Assembly (NCBI GenBank): GCA_963514005.1
Contig: OY740799.1
Coordinates: 48,298,001-48,362,000 of the forward strand
Length of the DNA: 64,000 bases
From: Raja brachyura
Lineage: Eukaryota
Reading direction: 5' to 3'
The notes beneath the pieces were generated by a model that was not told the origin of the DNA, did not search any database, and saw only the letters and a list, made by a program, of their open reading frames with translations. Shown piece after piece: positions 13,170 to 25,569 of the stretch. A program made the translations under genes and the position numbers. Position 1 is the first letter of the stretch. Each line of letters begins with the position of its first letter.

Positions 13170-13620
13170 TTTTATCAAGAGTCAAGAGTGTTTTATTGTC
13201 ATATGTCCCAGATAGGACAATGAAATTCTTACTTGCTGCAGCACAACAGAATATGTAAACATAGTACATAACGGGAGAAGAAAAAAACGTTCAGTGTGTG
13301 TGTACACATGCACACATACTCAATAAATAGCAAATATAGTGCAATAATAATAATAGTCTGTTGCAGTTCAGAGCTTATTTGTTGTCCTGTTTAATAGCCT
13401 GGTGGCTGTAGGGAAGAAGCTGTTCCTGAACCTAGACGTTAGTTTTCAGGCTTCTGTACCATCTTCCCGATGACAATGGTGAAATGAGTGTGTGGCCAGG
13501 ATGGTGTGGGTCTTTGATGATGTTGGCTGCCTTTTTGTGGCAGCGACTTCGCTAGATCCCTTCGATGGTGGGGAGATGAGAGCCGGTGATGGCCTGGGCA
13601 GTGTTTACAACTTTTTGATT
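13170..13620 (-). mobile_element. Rex1/Babar-type LINE 3' end
   Basis: TTCAGGAACAGCTTCTTCCC motif and (CTTGA)n tail on the minus strand. Confidence 0.65.
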
Positions 13621-13829
13621 CTCTCTCCTGTCAATCACCACCATGAAGGCCACGCCCCTTCCGGTGGGAGGGGGAGGGACTATAAAACCCAAATGTGTAG
13701 GCGTGGCTCAATCTCTGCATGATGGCAAGGGAGAGGTCACAGCTCTCTGTTGGAGCTGGGGAAACTACAGAACACTGTGAGTATGCAATGTACTTGAATA
13801 AATGATTTGTTAGCCCTTATTGAAAATGA

Positions 13830-14180
13830 AATGAGTTGTTTGGCTTGCCCTGTGCTTGAAAGTGCAGTGGCAATGGAAGTGACGTAAAAATGAAATGAGC
13901 TGTTTGGCTTGAGCCTGCCCTGTGCTTGAAAGTGCAGTGGCAATGGAAATAAAGTGAAAATGCAATGAGCTGTTTGGCTTGAGCTTGCCCTGTGCTTGAA
14001 AGTGCAATGGAAATGAAGTGAAAAAGCAATCATCTGTTTGCCTTGAGCCTGCCATGTGCTTGAAAGTGCAATGGAAATTAAAGTGAAATGAAAATCCAAT
14101 GAGCTATTCGGCGTACCCTGTGCTTGAAACTGCAATACAATTGAAAATAAAATTAAATGAGTTGTTAACCTGCCTGAACA
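13830..14180. repeat. Minisatellite, about 5 copies of a 58-70 bp unit
   Basis: Repeated TGAGCTGTTTGGCTTGAGCCTGCCCTGTGCTTGAAAGTGCA(GTGGCA)ATGGAAAT... Confidence 0.85.
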
Positions 14181-16623
14181 CACAAATTTCGGCCCAAAAG
14201 GCCCCTATTAGCCGAGAAAGTCCCTTTCGCCCAAAATGCCCGTATTGGTCCAGGAGGAGCATTTTGGCCCAAAAGACCTGTGCCAGGCCAGGAAAAGTCC
14301 AGAAAAATTGCCTTTCGCTGAGAATTCGCTCAGATTTGTTTTAATAGACCCTTCTGCCCATCAGGTCTGTACTAGCCCAGGCTCATCGGTAAGTATTCCA
14401 CTGCAAGTATTAGACCTCACCCCAGTATTTTTCTCCCTCCTCTCATTTGCTCCCTATGAGATCCAGGCCAAGATACACTTTCCTTCACATGCGATCTGCA
14501 GAAAAAGAAGAAAAATGTCTACAATTGATTCTCGACCCTCTCCTCCTCTCTCACCTGTTTTGAGCAGAATTTCTGGCAGTTACACGACCGCCGAACCTCA
14601 CCGCCCGCCTAACCTCATCGCTGCACCAGGCCCGTCCAACATCGCCGTCACACCTGGCCCATCTAACATCGCCACCGGGCCTACCGAACGTCGCCGCCAG
14701 ACCGGGGCTCACCGAACATGGCCACCACACCGCGCCCTACTCACCACGTCACCCCATTGGGCTGGCCGAACCGCGCCGCCCCACCGACCATCCGCCTACC
14801 GGGACCTCCCACGCATCGCCTGCCGACCCGGACTCTACTGCCCGCGGATGCCTACCATTGATTCCACTGCCCTCCAGCAGCCCCCAGCCATCACCTTACC
14901 TGTAGCCTGGACTCCGCATCAGGCCTAAAACCTCCACGCTGCTAACTCTCACTCCCCTGGGTTTGACTGCACTCGGTCCTAGTGCTACTCTCCCCTACCC
15001 TGCTAACCTCAGTGGCTGTTCCACTGGGTCTTCCCCATCCCAGTCAAACTATGTGACCCTTGCTCTTCCCCACCCACACTACAGTCCGCATACCCCCCCA
15101 CCCCCTGACCACCCACTATCCCCCTCCACCAGACATCACCCCGACCTCAGTCGACTCACCTGCCTTCCTCCGTCCCCAGCCCCCATCCCTGCCGCGTGTT
15201 CACCATCTCCCCCCCCCCGACCTCCCCCTTTCCAACACCGAATGGTCGGTCCTCAGCAGAGGTCTTACCTTTGTCCCCCACCGTCCCCACCTCAATGAGT
15301 TCCGCGCCCACCACGACTTGGAACTCTTCTACCGTTGCCTCCGCCTCACACCGTTCTTCCATGGGAAGGAGTCCTCGCCCCCTATTGATGATCCCTTTTC
15401 CTGTCTCCAACAAACCCTCTCCTCGTGGACCTCCCCCCCTCATGGCCTTCCGGCATTAGAACTTTTTATTCAAAACTGCCATCGCGACATCAACCGCCTC
15501 ACCTTCTCCACTCCCCTGTCTCACTCCAATCTCTTCCCCCCCCCGAATGTACAGCCATCAACTAACTCCGCATCAACCCAGACTGGGTTATCAAACCCCC
15601 CCGACATGAGAGGTGCTGTGGTAGTCTGGCGCGTCGATCTCTACACAGCTGAGGCCACGTGCCAACTATCGAAATCCTCCTCCTACCCACACCTGGACCA
15701 CGACCCCACTGACGAACACTAGGCCGCTATCTCTAGCACCATTACCGACTTCATCAACTCCGGTTCCCTGCCCCCCCGAGCCTCCAACCTCATCGTTTCC
15801 CAGCCCTGCATGGCCCAATTTTACCTTCTCCCTCAAATCCACAAACCTGACTATCCTGGTGGACCCATTGTCTCTGCATGTTCATGCCCTACTGAACTCA
15901 TTTCCACATACCTTGACTCCATCCTATCCCCCTCGGTTAAATCCCTCCCTACCTATGTTCACAACACATTGGACACTCTCCGTCATCTCCGCGCATTCTA
16001 TTCTCTAGGCCCCCATCCCCTCATCTTGACCATGGATGTCCAGTCACTGTACACCTCCACCCCCCACCAGGATGGTCTCAAAGCCCTTCGGTTCTTCCTC
16101 GACCAGAGAAACAACCTATACCCGTCCACTGATACTCTCCTGTAAGTTGGTCCTTACCCTCAATACTTCTCATTTGACTCCTCCCTTTTCCTCCAAAGAC
16201 AAGGCGTAGCTATGGGTACGCACATGGGCCCCAGCTACGCCTGCCTCTTTGTCTGGTACGTCGAACAATCCTTGTTCGAGGTGTACCAGGTCCCCATCCC
16301 TGACCTCTACCTCCGTTACATCGACAATTGCTTTGGTGCTACCTCCTGCACCCACACACAACAGACTGACTTCATCCGCTTCACCACTAACTTCCATCCG
16401 ACACTCAAATACACCTGGACCATTTCCAACACTTCCCTCCATTTCTTGACCTCACTATCTCCATCGCAGGTGATAGACTTCTGACCGACATCCACTATAA
16501 ACCCACTGACTCCCATGGCTATCGAGACTACTCTTCTTCCCACCCTGCTTCCTGTAAGGACTCCATCACCTACTCCCAATTCCTCCGTCTACGCCGCATT
16601 TGCTCCCAGGATGAGGTGTTCCA

Positions 16624-19600
16624 AATATTAGCTAAAATTATCTCAGATTAAGTTTGGTGATCACTAAAATAATACATCATGATCAAACAGGTTTTATACC
16701 AAAACGGTATTCATCCCATAATTTGAGACGATTATTCAATATTATATACTCAAAAAGAGTATGTGATACGGAATTAGCTGTTATATCCTTAGATGCAGAA
16801 AAAGCATTCGATCAGGTTGAATGGCCATATTTATTTAAAATAATGGAGAAATTCCAATTGGGGGATAGATTTTGTAAATGAGTAAGAATTCTATATTCGA
16901 ATCCTACTGCAAGAATATTAACTAACCAAATATTATCAGCTAAATTTAAGCTTTATAGGGGTTGTAGACAAGGATGTCCGCTATCGCCTTTGTTATTCGC
17001 TCTGGTGATAGAGCCTTTAGCTGAAAGGATTAGATCTGAACCAGAAATATATGGATATATAATAATACTGATACTACAACTAATAAAATATCTCTATATG
17101 CAGATGATGTCTTAATTTATATTACAAAACCGGAGATTAGTATTCCCAAGCTATTTAATGTTATAACTAAATTTAGTACATTTTCTGGATATAGAATTAA
17201 TTGGAATAAAAGTGATATTATGCCTATAACTGGAATAAGATCAAATATATTACAACAATACCCACTAAAAATAGTTAGGACAAATTTAAATATTTAGGTA
17301 TTAATGTATCTAAATCCTATAACTCATTAATTAAATCCAATTATCCTCAATTATTAGATAAACTTAGAAAAAATATTTTATATTGGAAAACACTTCCTAT
17401 ATCTATGATTGGTAGAATAAATGCTATAAAATGATTTTTTACCACAATTGTTATATTTGTTTCAAGCTATTCCCTTTTATCTCCCGAAAACTTTTTTTTT
17501 AATTGATAACATTGTTAATAGTTTTATCTGGGACTATAAAAATCATAGAATAAGTGAAAAACATTTATATAAATCCAAAATAAATGGAGGATTAGCACTT
17601 CCAAATTTTTTGTACTATTTCTGGGCAGTTCAGATTAAGAATATGAATTTTTGGTGGGTAAATTTGGATCATGAACCAATGTGGTTAAAGATGGAAAAGG
17701 AAGATTGTTCACCTTTTAATGTAGGTTCAATTCTTTTTGCGCCAAGAGAAGTACAAAAAAAATTTATAGGGACAACCCTATAATTCATAGCAATAGACGT
17801 ATTTGGAAACAAATAGTTAAGACTTTACATTTAGATAATTTGTCACAACCTACCAATTATGAATAATCCTTTATTTAAACCCTCTATATTAGATAGGGTG
17901 TTTAGACATTGGGATGATTTAGGAATTAAAAGGATAGAACACTTTTACAGAAAGGGAAAATTTCTTTCATTTCAGGAGTTACAAGATATTTATGGATTGC
18001 CATCACATAATTTGTTTAGGTATTTACAAATTAGAGATTATATTAAGTCAAACACACAAGATTATAAAAATAAAGAACCAGGATTAATGGAAAAGATACT
18101 TAGAGATAATATATATAAGTATCTGGATAATGAGGGTCTAATTAGGAACAGTCAACATGGATTTATGCCTGGAAGGTCATGTTTGACTAATCTTCTTGAA
18201 TTTTTTGAAGAGGTTACTAGGGAAATTGACGAGGGTAAAGCAGTGGATGTTGTCTATATGGACTTCAGTAAGGCCTTTGACAAGGTTCCTCATGGAAGGT
18301 TGGTTAAGAAGGTTCAACTGTTGGGTATAAATGCAGGAATAGCAAGATGGATTCAACAGTGGCTGAATGGGAGATGCCAGAGAGTAATGGTGGATGGCTG
18401 TTTGTCGGGTTGGAGGCAGGTGACTAGTGGGGTGCCTCAGGGATCTGTGTTGGGTCCTTTGTTGTTTGTCATGTACATCAATGATCTGGATGAAGGGGTG
18501 GTAAATTGGATTAGTAAGTATGCAGATGATACCAAGATAGGGGGTGTTGTGGATAATAAAGAGGATTTCCAAAGTCTACAGAGTGATTTAGGCCAGTTGG
18601 AAAAATGGGCTGAAAGATGGCAGATGGAGTTTAATGCTGATAAATGTGAGGTGCTACACCTTGGCAGGACAAATCAAAATAGGACGTACATGGTAAATGG
18701 TAGGGAATTGAAGAACACAGTTGAACAGAGGGATCTGGGAATAACCGTGCATAGTTCCTTGAAGGTGGAATCTCATATAGATAGGGTGGTAAAGAAAGCT
18801 TTTGGTATGCTAGCCTTTATAAATCAGAGCATTGAGTATAGAAGCTGGGATGTAATGTTAAAATTGTACAAGGCGTTGGTGAGACCAAATCTGGAGTATG
18901 GTGTGCAGTTTTGGTCGCCCAATTATAGGAAGGATGTCAACAAAATAGAGAGGGTACAGAGGAGATTTACTAGAATGTTGCCTGGGTTTCAACAGCTAAG
19001 TTACAGAGATAGGTTAAATAAGTTAGGTCTTTATTCTCTGGAGCGCAGAAGGTTAAGGGGGGACTTGATAGAGGTCTTTAAAATGATGAGAGGGATAGAC
19101 AGAGTTAATGTGGACAAGCTTTTCCCTTTGAGAATAGGGAAGATTCAAACACGAGGACATAACTTTAGAATTAAGGGACAGAGGTTTAGGGGTAACATGA
19201 GGGGGAACTTCTTTACTCAGAGAGTGGTAGCGGTGTGGAATGAGCTTCCGGTGGAAGTGATGGCGGCAGGTTCGTTGGTATCATTTAAAAATAAATTGGA
19301 TAGGCATATGGATGAGAAGGGTATGGAGGGTTATGGTATGAGTGCTGGCAGGTGGGACTAAGGGAAAAAAGTTGTTCGGCACGGACTTGAAGGGCCGAGA
19401 TGGCCTGTTTCCGTGCTGTAATTGTTATATGGTTATATGGTTATATGGATTATTAGATGAATTGTTGAATAAACACCCAAACACAGAAAAATTAATAGCT
19501 TATATATATAATATTATTTTGGATAGGGAGAATCCAACAACAGGAATATATCGACAAGCATGGGAAAATGAAATAGGTTTATCAATAACGAAAGAAACTT

Positions 19601-20611
19601 GGGAAGAAAGTTTACAACGTATACATCGTTGTTTGTTAAATGCTAGGCATACATTGATACAATTTAAAGTATTATATAGATTACATTATTCGAAAACCAA
19701 ATTAAATAGAATTTTTCCTAACGTTTCTCCTATTTGTGATAAGTGTCAGAATTTAGAAGCTAATTTAACACATAGTTTTGTAACGTGTTCAAAACTTAGT
19801 TATTATTGGACAGAAATCTTTAGAGTTATTTCTGAAGTTCTTAGAGTTAAACTGGATCCAGATCCAAAGTTAATAATATTAGGAATTCCGGACTCAAAAT
19901 TGGTATTAACAGTAAATCAAAGAAATTTCTTTGATTACTGTTTGATAATAGGGAAAAAAATAATATTGAAATTTTGGAAGGGAACATTACCCCCCATAAT
20001 TAAAATGTGGACAGCAGAGATGTCGGAGACATTGTATTTGGAAAGAATCAGATTTGTCCTAATGGACAAATGTGAAATCTTTGAACATATATGGTCTCCA
20101 TATATACAATATTTGAAGGGATAGCTGTTCTTGGCATCACAACTCAATGGGTACTCGACAGGATTTGATGAAAATAACTCATTTTCAAACTGGGATTTGT
20201 ATACATGTCTCTACAATACTATCATTATTACTATCAATATTATCATTTGTAATAGTTTTATTGACAATATATTTTGTTGTTTCTCTTTTAAATATATATA
20301 ATACCTTTTATTGTTTTAAAAAAGAAATATATATATATATATTAAATAGATATATATTAATTAGTGTTTTTTCCTTTTTTTTTCTTTTTTTTCTTTCTCT
20401 TTTCTTTTTTATATAATCAAAATTATTATTTAATCACAACCTTTGTTGATTTAAAACCTATTCTTTTTTCTTTTTCTCTCTATTTCTAAAAAAACAGAAG
20501 ATAATAATAAACAATGTGATATTTGTACAATTACTGAATTAAGTTGGTATTTGTAAATTTGTTTTATCATTGTGAAATGTTTACTTCTAATAACAATATT
20601 ATTTAAAAAAA
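16624..20611 (+). mobile_element. 5'-truncated AT-rich L1-clade LINE
   Basis: DQTGFIPKR, SLDAEKAFDQVEW, GCRQGCPLSP, YADD, GGLALPN, CDKC...HSFVTC; T-rich 3' UTR and A tail; 16-bp TSD AGGATGAGGTGTTCCA at 16608-16623 and 20612-20627. Confidence 0.9.
18087..19446 (+). mobile_element. CR1 (family A) with open RT, inserted in the L1
   Basis: QHGFMPGRSCLTNL, DFSKAFD, YADDTK; TSD GGATTA at 18081-18086 and 19447-19452. Confidence 0.9.
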
Positions 20612-22039
20612 AGGATGAGGTGTTCCACACCAGGGCATTGGAAATGTCCCATTCCTCAGGGAACAGGGGTTCCCCTCCCCTACTGTATATGAGGCTTGCA
20701 CCAGGGTCCCCTCCATACCCCATAACACTGATCGCTCTCCCCATCCCCAGACTCGCAACAAGGGCAGAGTCCCCCTAGTCCTCACCTTTCACCCCCCTAG
20801 CCGTCACATACAACAAGTAGTCCTCCGTCAGTTTTGCCACCTCCAATGTGACCCCACCACTCGCCACATCTTCCCATCTTCCCCCCCCCCCCCCGTCTGC
20901 TTTCCTCAAAGACCGCTCCCTCCGTAACTCCCTTGTCAATTCTTCCCTTCCGTCCTGCACCACCCCCTCCCCGGGCACTTTCGCTTGCAACCACAAGAGA
21001 TGCTACACTTGTCACTTTACCTCTCCCCTCGACTCCATTCAAGGACCCAAGCAGTCGTTCCAGGTGCGACAGAGGTTCACCTGCATCTCCTCCAACATCA
21101 TCTATTGCATCCGCTGCACTAGATGTCAGCTGATCCACATCGGTGAAACCAAGCGCAGGTTTGGCAATCATTTTGCATTAACCAACCTGATCTCCCTGAG
21201 GCTCAGCACTTCAACTCCCCCCTCCCATTCCGTATCTGATCTCTCTGTCCTGGGCCTCCTCCATGGCGAGAGTGAGCAACACCAGAAATTGGAGGAACAG
21301 CACCTCATATTGCGCTTGGGCCGTCTGTATCCCGGTGGCCTGAACATTGAATTCTCCCAATTCCGTTAGCCCTTGCTGTCTCCTCCCCTTCCCAGCCTTC
21401 TTTCAGCCCTCGGACTCCTCCTCCTCCTCATTTTTCCTTTCTTCTCCCCGCCCCCCCCCCTCATCAGTCTAAAGAAAGGTTTCGGACCAAAATGTTACCC
21501 ATTCCCTTCTCCATAGCTGCTGCTGCACCCGCTGAGTTTCTCCAGCATTTTCATCTACCTCGATGTCTATTTCTATATTTTTTAATATATATATATATAT
21601 GTATATGTGTGTGTGTATATATATATATATTAAAAATTCACAGTGCTATGTTTATATATTCTGTTGTGCAAATAAGAATACCGTTATTTTGTCTGGGACA
21701 TATGACAATAAAAGACACTTGAAGGCAAGATGAACGGTGTACTGTGATGTTTTTTTTTGTCACGCCAAGTTGTATCTAGCCAGTTGGAATATTTCCACCA
21801 TTTTCTAGTTTTGTTTTACACTCCTAATAATTAGTATGAAAAGCATGCCAGTGTACATTAAGACAATGGTTTGCACTTAACATCACGGTGAAATAAGTGC
21901 AAGGATTCTGCTGATGGACACTAGAAGCTGGAGTAACTCAGCAGGACAGGCATCATGTGTGGAGAGAAGGAATGGGTAACGTTTTGGGTTGCAACCCTTC
22001 TTCAGACTACTGCCAGCTGCAGTGTTGGAATCTCAGCAA

Positions 22040-22530
22040 TGATGCTTTGCAGGTACTCCTACTGCTGCGCTTGCGCAGACACCGCCCCTCCCACAGGCGG
22101 TACCGTATTGCGCCTGCGCAGGATCGCCCCGGCAGACAGGTGGGCCGGTACTGCGCATGCGCACGACCGCTCTGCACTTGGCCGCGCCACACATCTGCTG
22201 CCCGACGGTGCGGGGCCGAGAGCCGGGCCGGGCATGACGGAGGGAGGGTGGCCCTGCGTGCTGACGTCACGTGCTGCAGGCAGGCGAGGCTTGTTTCGAC
22301 TCGAGGCATACGGCGCGCGCTCCCTCCCTCCCTCTCTCCCTCCCCCTGTGGTGCGGGCGGGCGCCCGTGAAGCTGCGCGCGGGTGGGCGGTTGGTCTGTC
22401 TGTCCCGCTCCAACCCCGCCGTCATCAGCACGTCACCCAGCTCAGTCCGTCCGTCCGCCTCACGCACGGCGAAATGACGTGTGACAGGCGCAATGTGAGA
22501 CGGCGGCCAGAGGGAGGCGCTGTGGCAGCA
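22040..22530. promoter_or_regulatory. CpG-island promoter, probably of the minus-strand golgb1 gene
   Basis: High GC/CpG; NRF1-type sites at 22066-22077, 22109-22120 and 22152-22163 (TGCGCATGCGCA); overlapping CRE/E-box TGACGTCACGTG at 22262-22273; TGACGTG at 22429-22435 (-) and 22475-22481; GC boxes. Confidence 0.7.
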
Positions 22531-22693
22531 TGTCAAGAGTATTTCATTGTCATGTGTCCCAGATCCACCAATGACATTCTTACTTGAAAGTCACACAGCA
22601 TGGAAACAGGCCCTTCGGCTCAACTTGCCCAAACTGACCAACATGTCGCAGCTACACTAGTCCCACCTGACTGCGTTTGGTCCATGTCCCCCC

Positions 22694-25000
22694 TGTAAAT
22701 AAGCAATTTACAAACTCTAAGAGTGTTCAACACATTTTAATGATAGCACAAGGTATTACATACATCCTCAAGTACTGGCTACATTCTTCTAGTGAACCGT
22801 ACCCAGGAAGGGGAGGGCGTTATGATTGATGTTGACTAGGCGGGGTTAATGGTACTGAGGTAACTATGTTATTGGTTGCATGCAAAACCATCTACATCCT
22901 TCCCCTTCGAAAATAAAAAAAAAACAGACCGTTGTCACTACAACAGAATTAAACAGAATTAAACAGAATCGCCATAACGAACAGGTGGCTTGCTGATCCG
23001 GCCCGAGCGCGTACGGATGCCTCCCCCTTCCCCCGGAGGAGCAGAAAAAACAGGGGAACCCGAGACAGTAGGGGAACCAGGGAAGGGCGGTGGGGTTGGA
23101 GGAACAGCGGAGGGAGAACCGCGACCGGCAACAGGTGACACGCGCAGAGGGGAACCGGGTGCTCGATATGGGGAACGAGGCATGCAGGGAACGCTGGCTG
23201 GGACAGGAGCCGGCTGCTGGTATGAGAGCGGCGGGGCATAGGGGCCCGGGGCCTGCGGCTTCGGCTCATTAACCGCAAGCAGGTGTTGTCGGCTCCTACG
23301 GTAGATGGTTCCCTCATAGTCGACCAGATACGAACGAGGTGAGTCGGCCACCCCAACCACGGTAGCCAGACGGGAGTGACCACTGGCGGTTTGCAATCGA
23401 ACAACCTGTCCAGGCAACAGAGGATCGAGTGGTCTGCACGACCGATCGTGGGAACGCCGCTGGCTGTCATGTTTCTCTTGAATGCGCCTCTGCACGGAGG
23501 CAGGCTCCAGCACCCGAGGTTTCAGCTGGCGCTGGGCAATCGGGATGGTAGATCTGGTTGTTCTGGACATTAGACGCTGAGCAGGGGACCCCATGGCCGG
23601 ATCCCTGGAAACATTCCTGAGGTTCAGGAGATCCAAATACAAATCAGAGTTAGACAGTCTCGCCTGTTCCATCAGAAGCTTGGCGCTGCGGACGGCCCGT
23701 TCAGCAAGGCCGTTGCTCTGTGGGTACTCCGGGCTGCTGGTGAAATGCACAAAATTCCATTTGTCGGCAAAACTCTTGAACTCTCGGCTGGTAAACTGCC
23801 TGCCATTGTCAGTCTGCAGCCTCACAGGGGACCCAAACGTGGATAAGTGTTTCCGCAGCTTACGGATTAGCATCTCCGACGTGAGGGATGTCAGCAAATC
23901 CACCTCAAACCAGTTTGAGTACGAGTCGACCAGGACAAGGTAGTGGTTACCACGCCACTCGAAGATGTCGGCAGCCAGCGAGGACCAGGCCAAGGCAGGA
24001 GCGGGCTGTTGCAGCAGGGGCTGTCGCTGCTGGTGTGGAGCAAGACTGTTGCACGTGGAGCAGGCAGAAACACGGTCTCGAATATATTTGGCCATTCCAG
24101 GCCAGTAGAATTGGCACTGAGCGTGGGCGAGTGTTGCATCGAACCCGGGGTGTCCGCTGTGGGCTGCGTAGTAGTAAGAATCGAACAGGGAGGACGGGAC
24201 CACCACTTTATGTCCCTTAACGATAACGCCTTTCTGGAGCACCAGTTCGTCACGGACCAGGAAGAAAGGCTGTGTTTCGGACGGCGCAGCGGAGCGCTTT
24301 GTTGGCCACCCTGATTTAATCACAGACGCAAGCCGCTGCAAGACTGGATCAGCAGCGGTGTGCTCGGCCAAAAGCTGCAGCTGCTTGGTGGGAATAAAAT
24401 TGACGCCCAGTACGAGCAAGTCCTCTGTTTCGTAGGGGTGGCGAGCGGGGTCACTGGCAGATTCTGCAGGGGTAACCACCATGTTGTTGTCATCCAAGAC
24501 CGCTGGAGCGTAGACGAAAGTTCTGGCTCTCTTCATGGCATCAGGTCCGACAAGGTTGAGTAGGAGGGAGGCTTTGAGGGAATCAGGATCATTGCGGTGA
24601 GCGACGTTGACAAAGTGGGTGAAGTCAATTTCAAACGTAGCCCAGCGCTCAGAATATCAGCATCAAAGACAAGCTGCGCGGGCTTTCTGCACGAGGATGC
24701 CATGGTCAGAGAGATAAAGCACAAAAGGCACAAATCAAAAAAAAGAAATAAAACCGGATAGACAGGTGGGCGCAAGTATCTTCCAGCTCCGACACCATGT
24801 AAATAAGCAATTTACATACTCTAAGAGTGTTCAACACATTTTAATGATAGCACAAGGTATTACATACATCCTCAAGTACTGGCTACATTCTTCTAGTGAA
24901 CCGTACCGAGGAAGGGGAGGGCGTTATGATTGATGTTGACTAGGCGGGGTTAATGGTACTGAGGTAACTATGTTATTGGTTGCATGCAAAACCATCTACA
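22694..25000 (-). mobile_element. Internally deleted Gypsy/Ty3 LTR retrotransposon (2307 bp)
   Basis: 203-bp LTRs 22694-22896 and 24798-25000 (TG...CA, 2 mismatches); PBS TGGTGTCGGAGC; PPT GAAGGGGAAGGA; TSD CCCC within a C-run of a host repeat. Confidence 0.95.
22959..24536 (-). CDS. Gypsy integrase ORF fused to a short Gag N-terminal piece (525 aa)
   Basis: HSGHPG...CSTC zinc finger; ADIF, TDNG, SNGLAERAV (DDE); C-terminal TRSGRISKPPVRY; no protease, RT or RNase H motifs. Confidence 0.9.
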   Translation of the reverse strand: MKRARTFVYAPAVLDDNNMVVTPAESASDPARHPYETEDLLVLGVNFIPTKQLQLLAEHTAADPVLQRLASVIKSGWPTKRSAAPSETQPFFLVRDELVLQKGVIVKGHKVVVPSSLFDSYYYAAHSGHPGFDATLAHAQCQFYWPGMAKYIRDRVSACSTCNSLAPHQQRQPLLQQPAPALAWSSLAADIFEWRGNHYLVLVDSYSNWFEVDLLTSLTSEMLIRKLRKHLSTFGSPVRLQTDNGRQFTSREFKSFADKWNFVHFTSSPEYPQSNGLAERAVRSAKLLMEQARLSNSDLYLDLLNLRNVSRDPAMGSPAQRLMSRTTRSTIPIAQRQLKPRVLEPASVQRRIQEKHDSQRRSHDRSCRPLDPLLPGQVVRLQTASGHSRLATVVGVADSPRSYLVDYEGTIYRRSRQHLLAVNEPKPQAPGPYAPPLSYQQPAPVPASVPCMPRSPYRAPGSPLRVSPVAGRGSPSAVPPTPPPFPGSPTVSGSPVFSAPPGEGGGIRTRSGRISKPPVRYGDSV

Positions 25001-25569
25001 CCCCCCAAAGCTGTCCTATCCATGTGCCTGTATAATTGTTTCTTAAACGTTGCACAAGTCTCTGCCTTAACTACCCCTCTGGTAGCTCATTCCATATCCC
25101 CACCACCCTTTGTGTGAAAAAGGTACCCCTTAGATTCCTACTAAAACTTTCCCCTTAGATTCCTAAAACATTCCCCCTTCACCTTAAATCCATGTCCTTA
25201 GGTCTCCTATTCCCCTACTCTGGACAAGAGATACTCTGCATCCGCCCAAAGAACGACATAATATCCTGGAGTAACGCAGCAAGAGAGGCTGCCTCTCTGA
25301 TCAGTCTGAAGAAGGGACTCGAACCAAAATGTCATGAATTACTTCTCTCCAGAAATGCTGCCTATCCCGCTGAGTCATTCCAGCATTTTGTGTCTATCTT
25401 CGATTTAAACAGCATCTCCAGTTCTTTCCTTCACACTGTGCACTTGCTCGATCTATTCCTCTCATAATTTTATACACAGCAGCATAATAGAATAGAGTAA
25501 AGGGATAGCTAATAATCCCAGAATTAACGGGAAAGAAAGGGATAGGAGACTATGGCCAAGTGTAATAGG

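Larger units (their letters stand above)
14500..21560 (+). mobile_element. Penelope-like element (RT plus GIY-YIG), degenerate, split by an L1
   Basis: SVLSRGLTFVP, FYLLPQIHK, MDVQSLYT, MGTHMGPSYACLF, RYIDN; after the L1, NIIYCIRC...HIGETKRR (GIY-YIG); terminal repeat with decayed hammerhead core at ~21465-21500. Confidence 0.85.

Noticed and set aside
13830-14180. Repeat array as CRISPR-like
   Set aside because: Units are contiguous and degenerate with no unique spacers; eukaryotic context.
21955-22587. 210-aa and overlapping ORFs in the CpG island; possible leader exon for the IgM fragment
   Set aside because: GC-rich, stop-poor sequence with no recognisable domain; no signal peptide with a phase-1 donor found.
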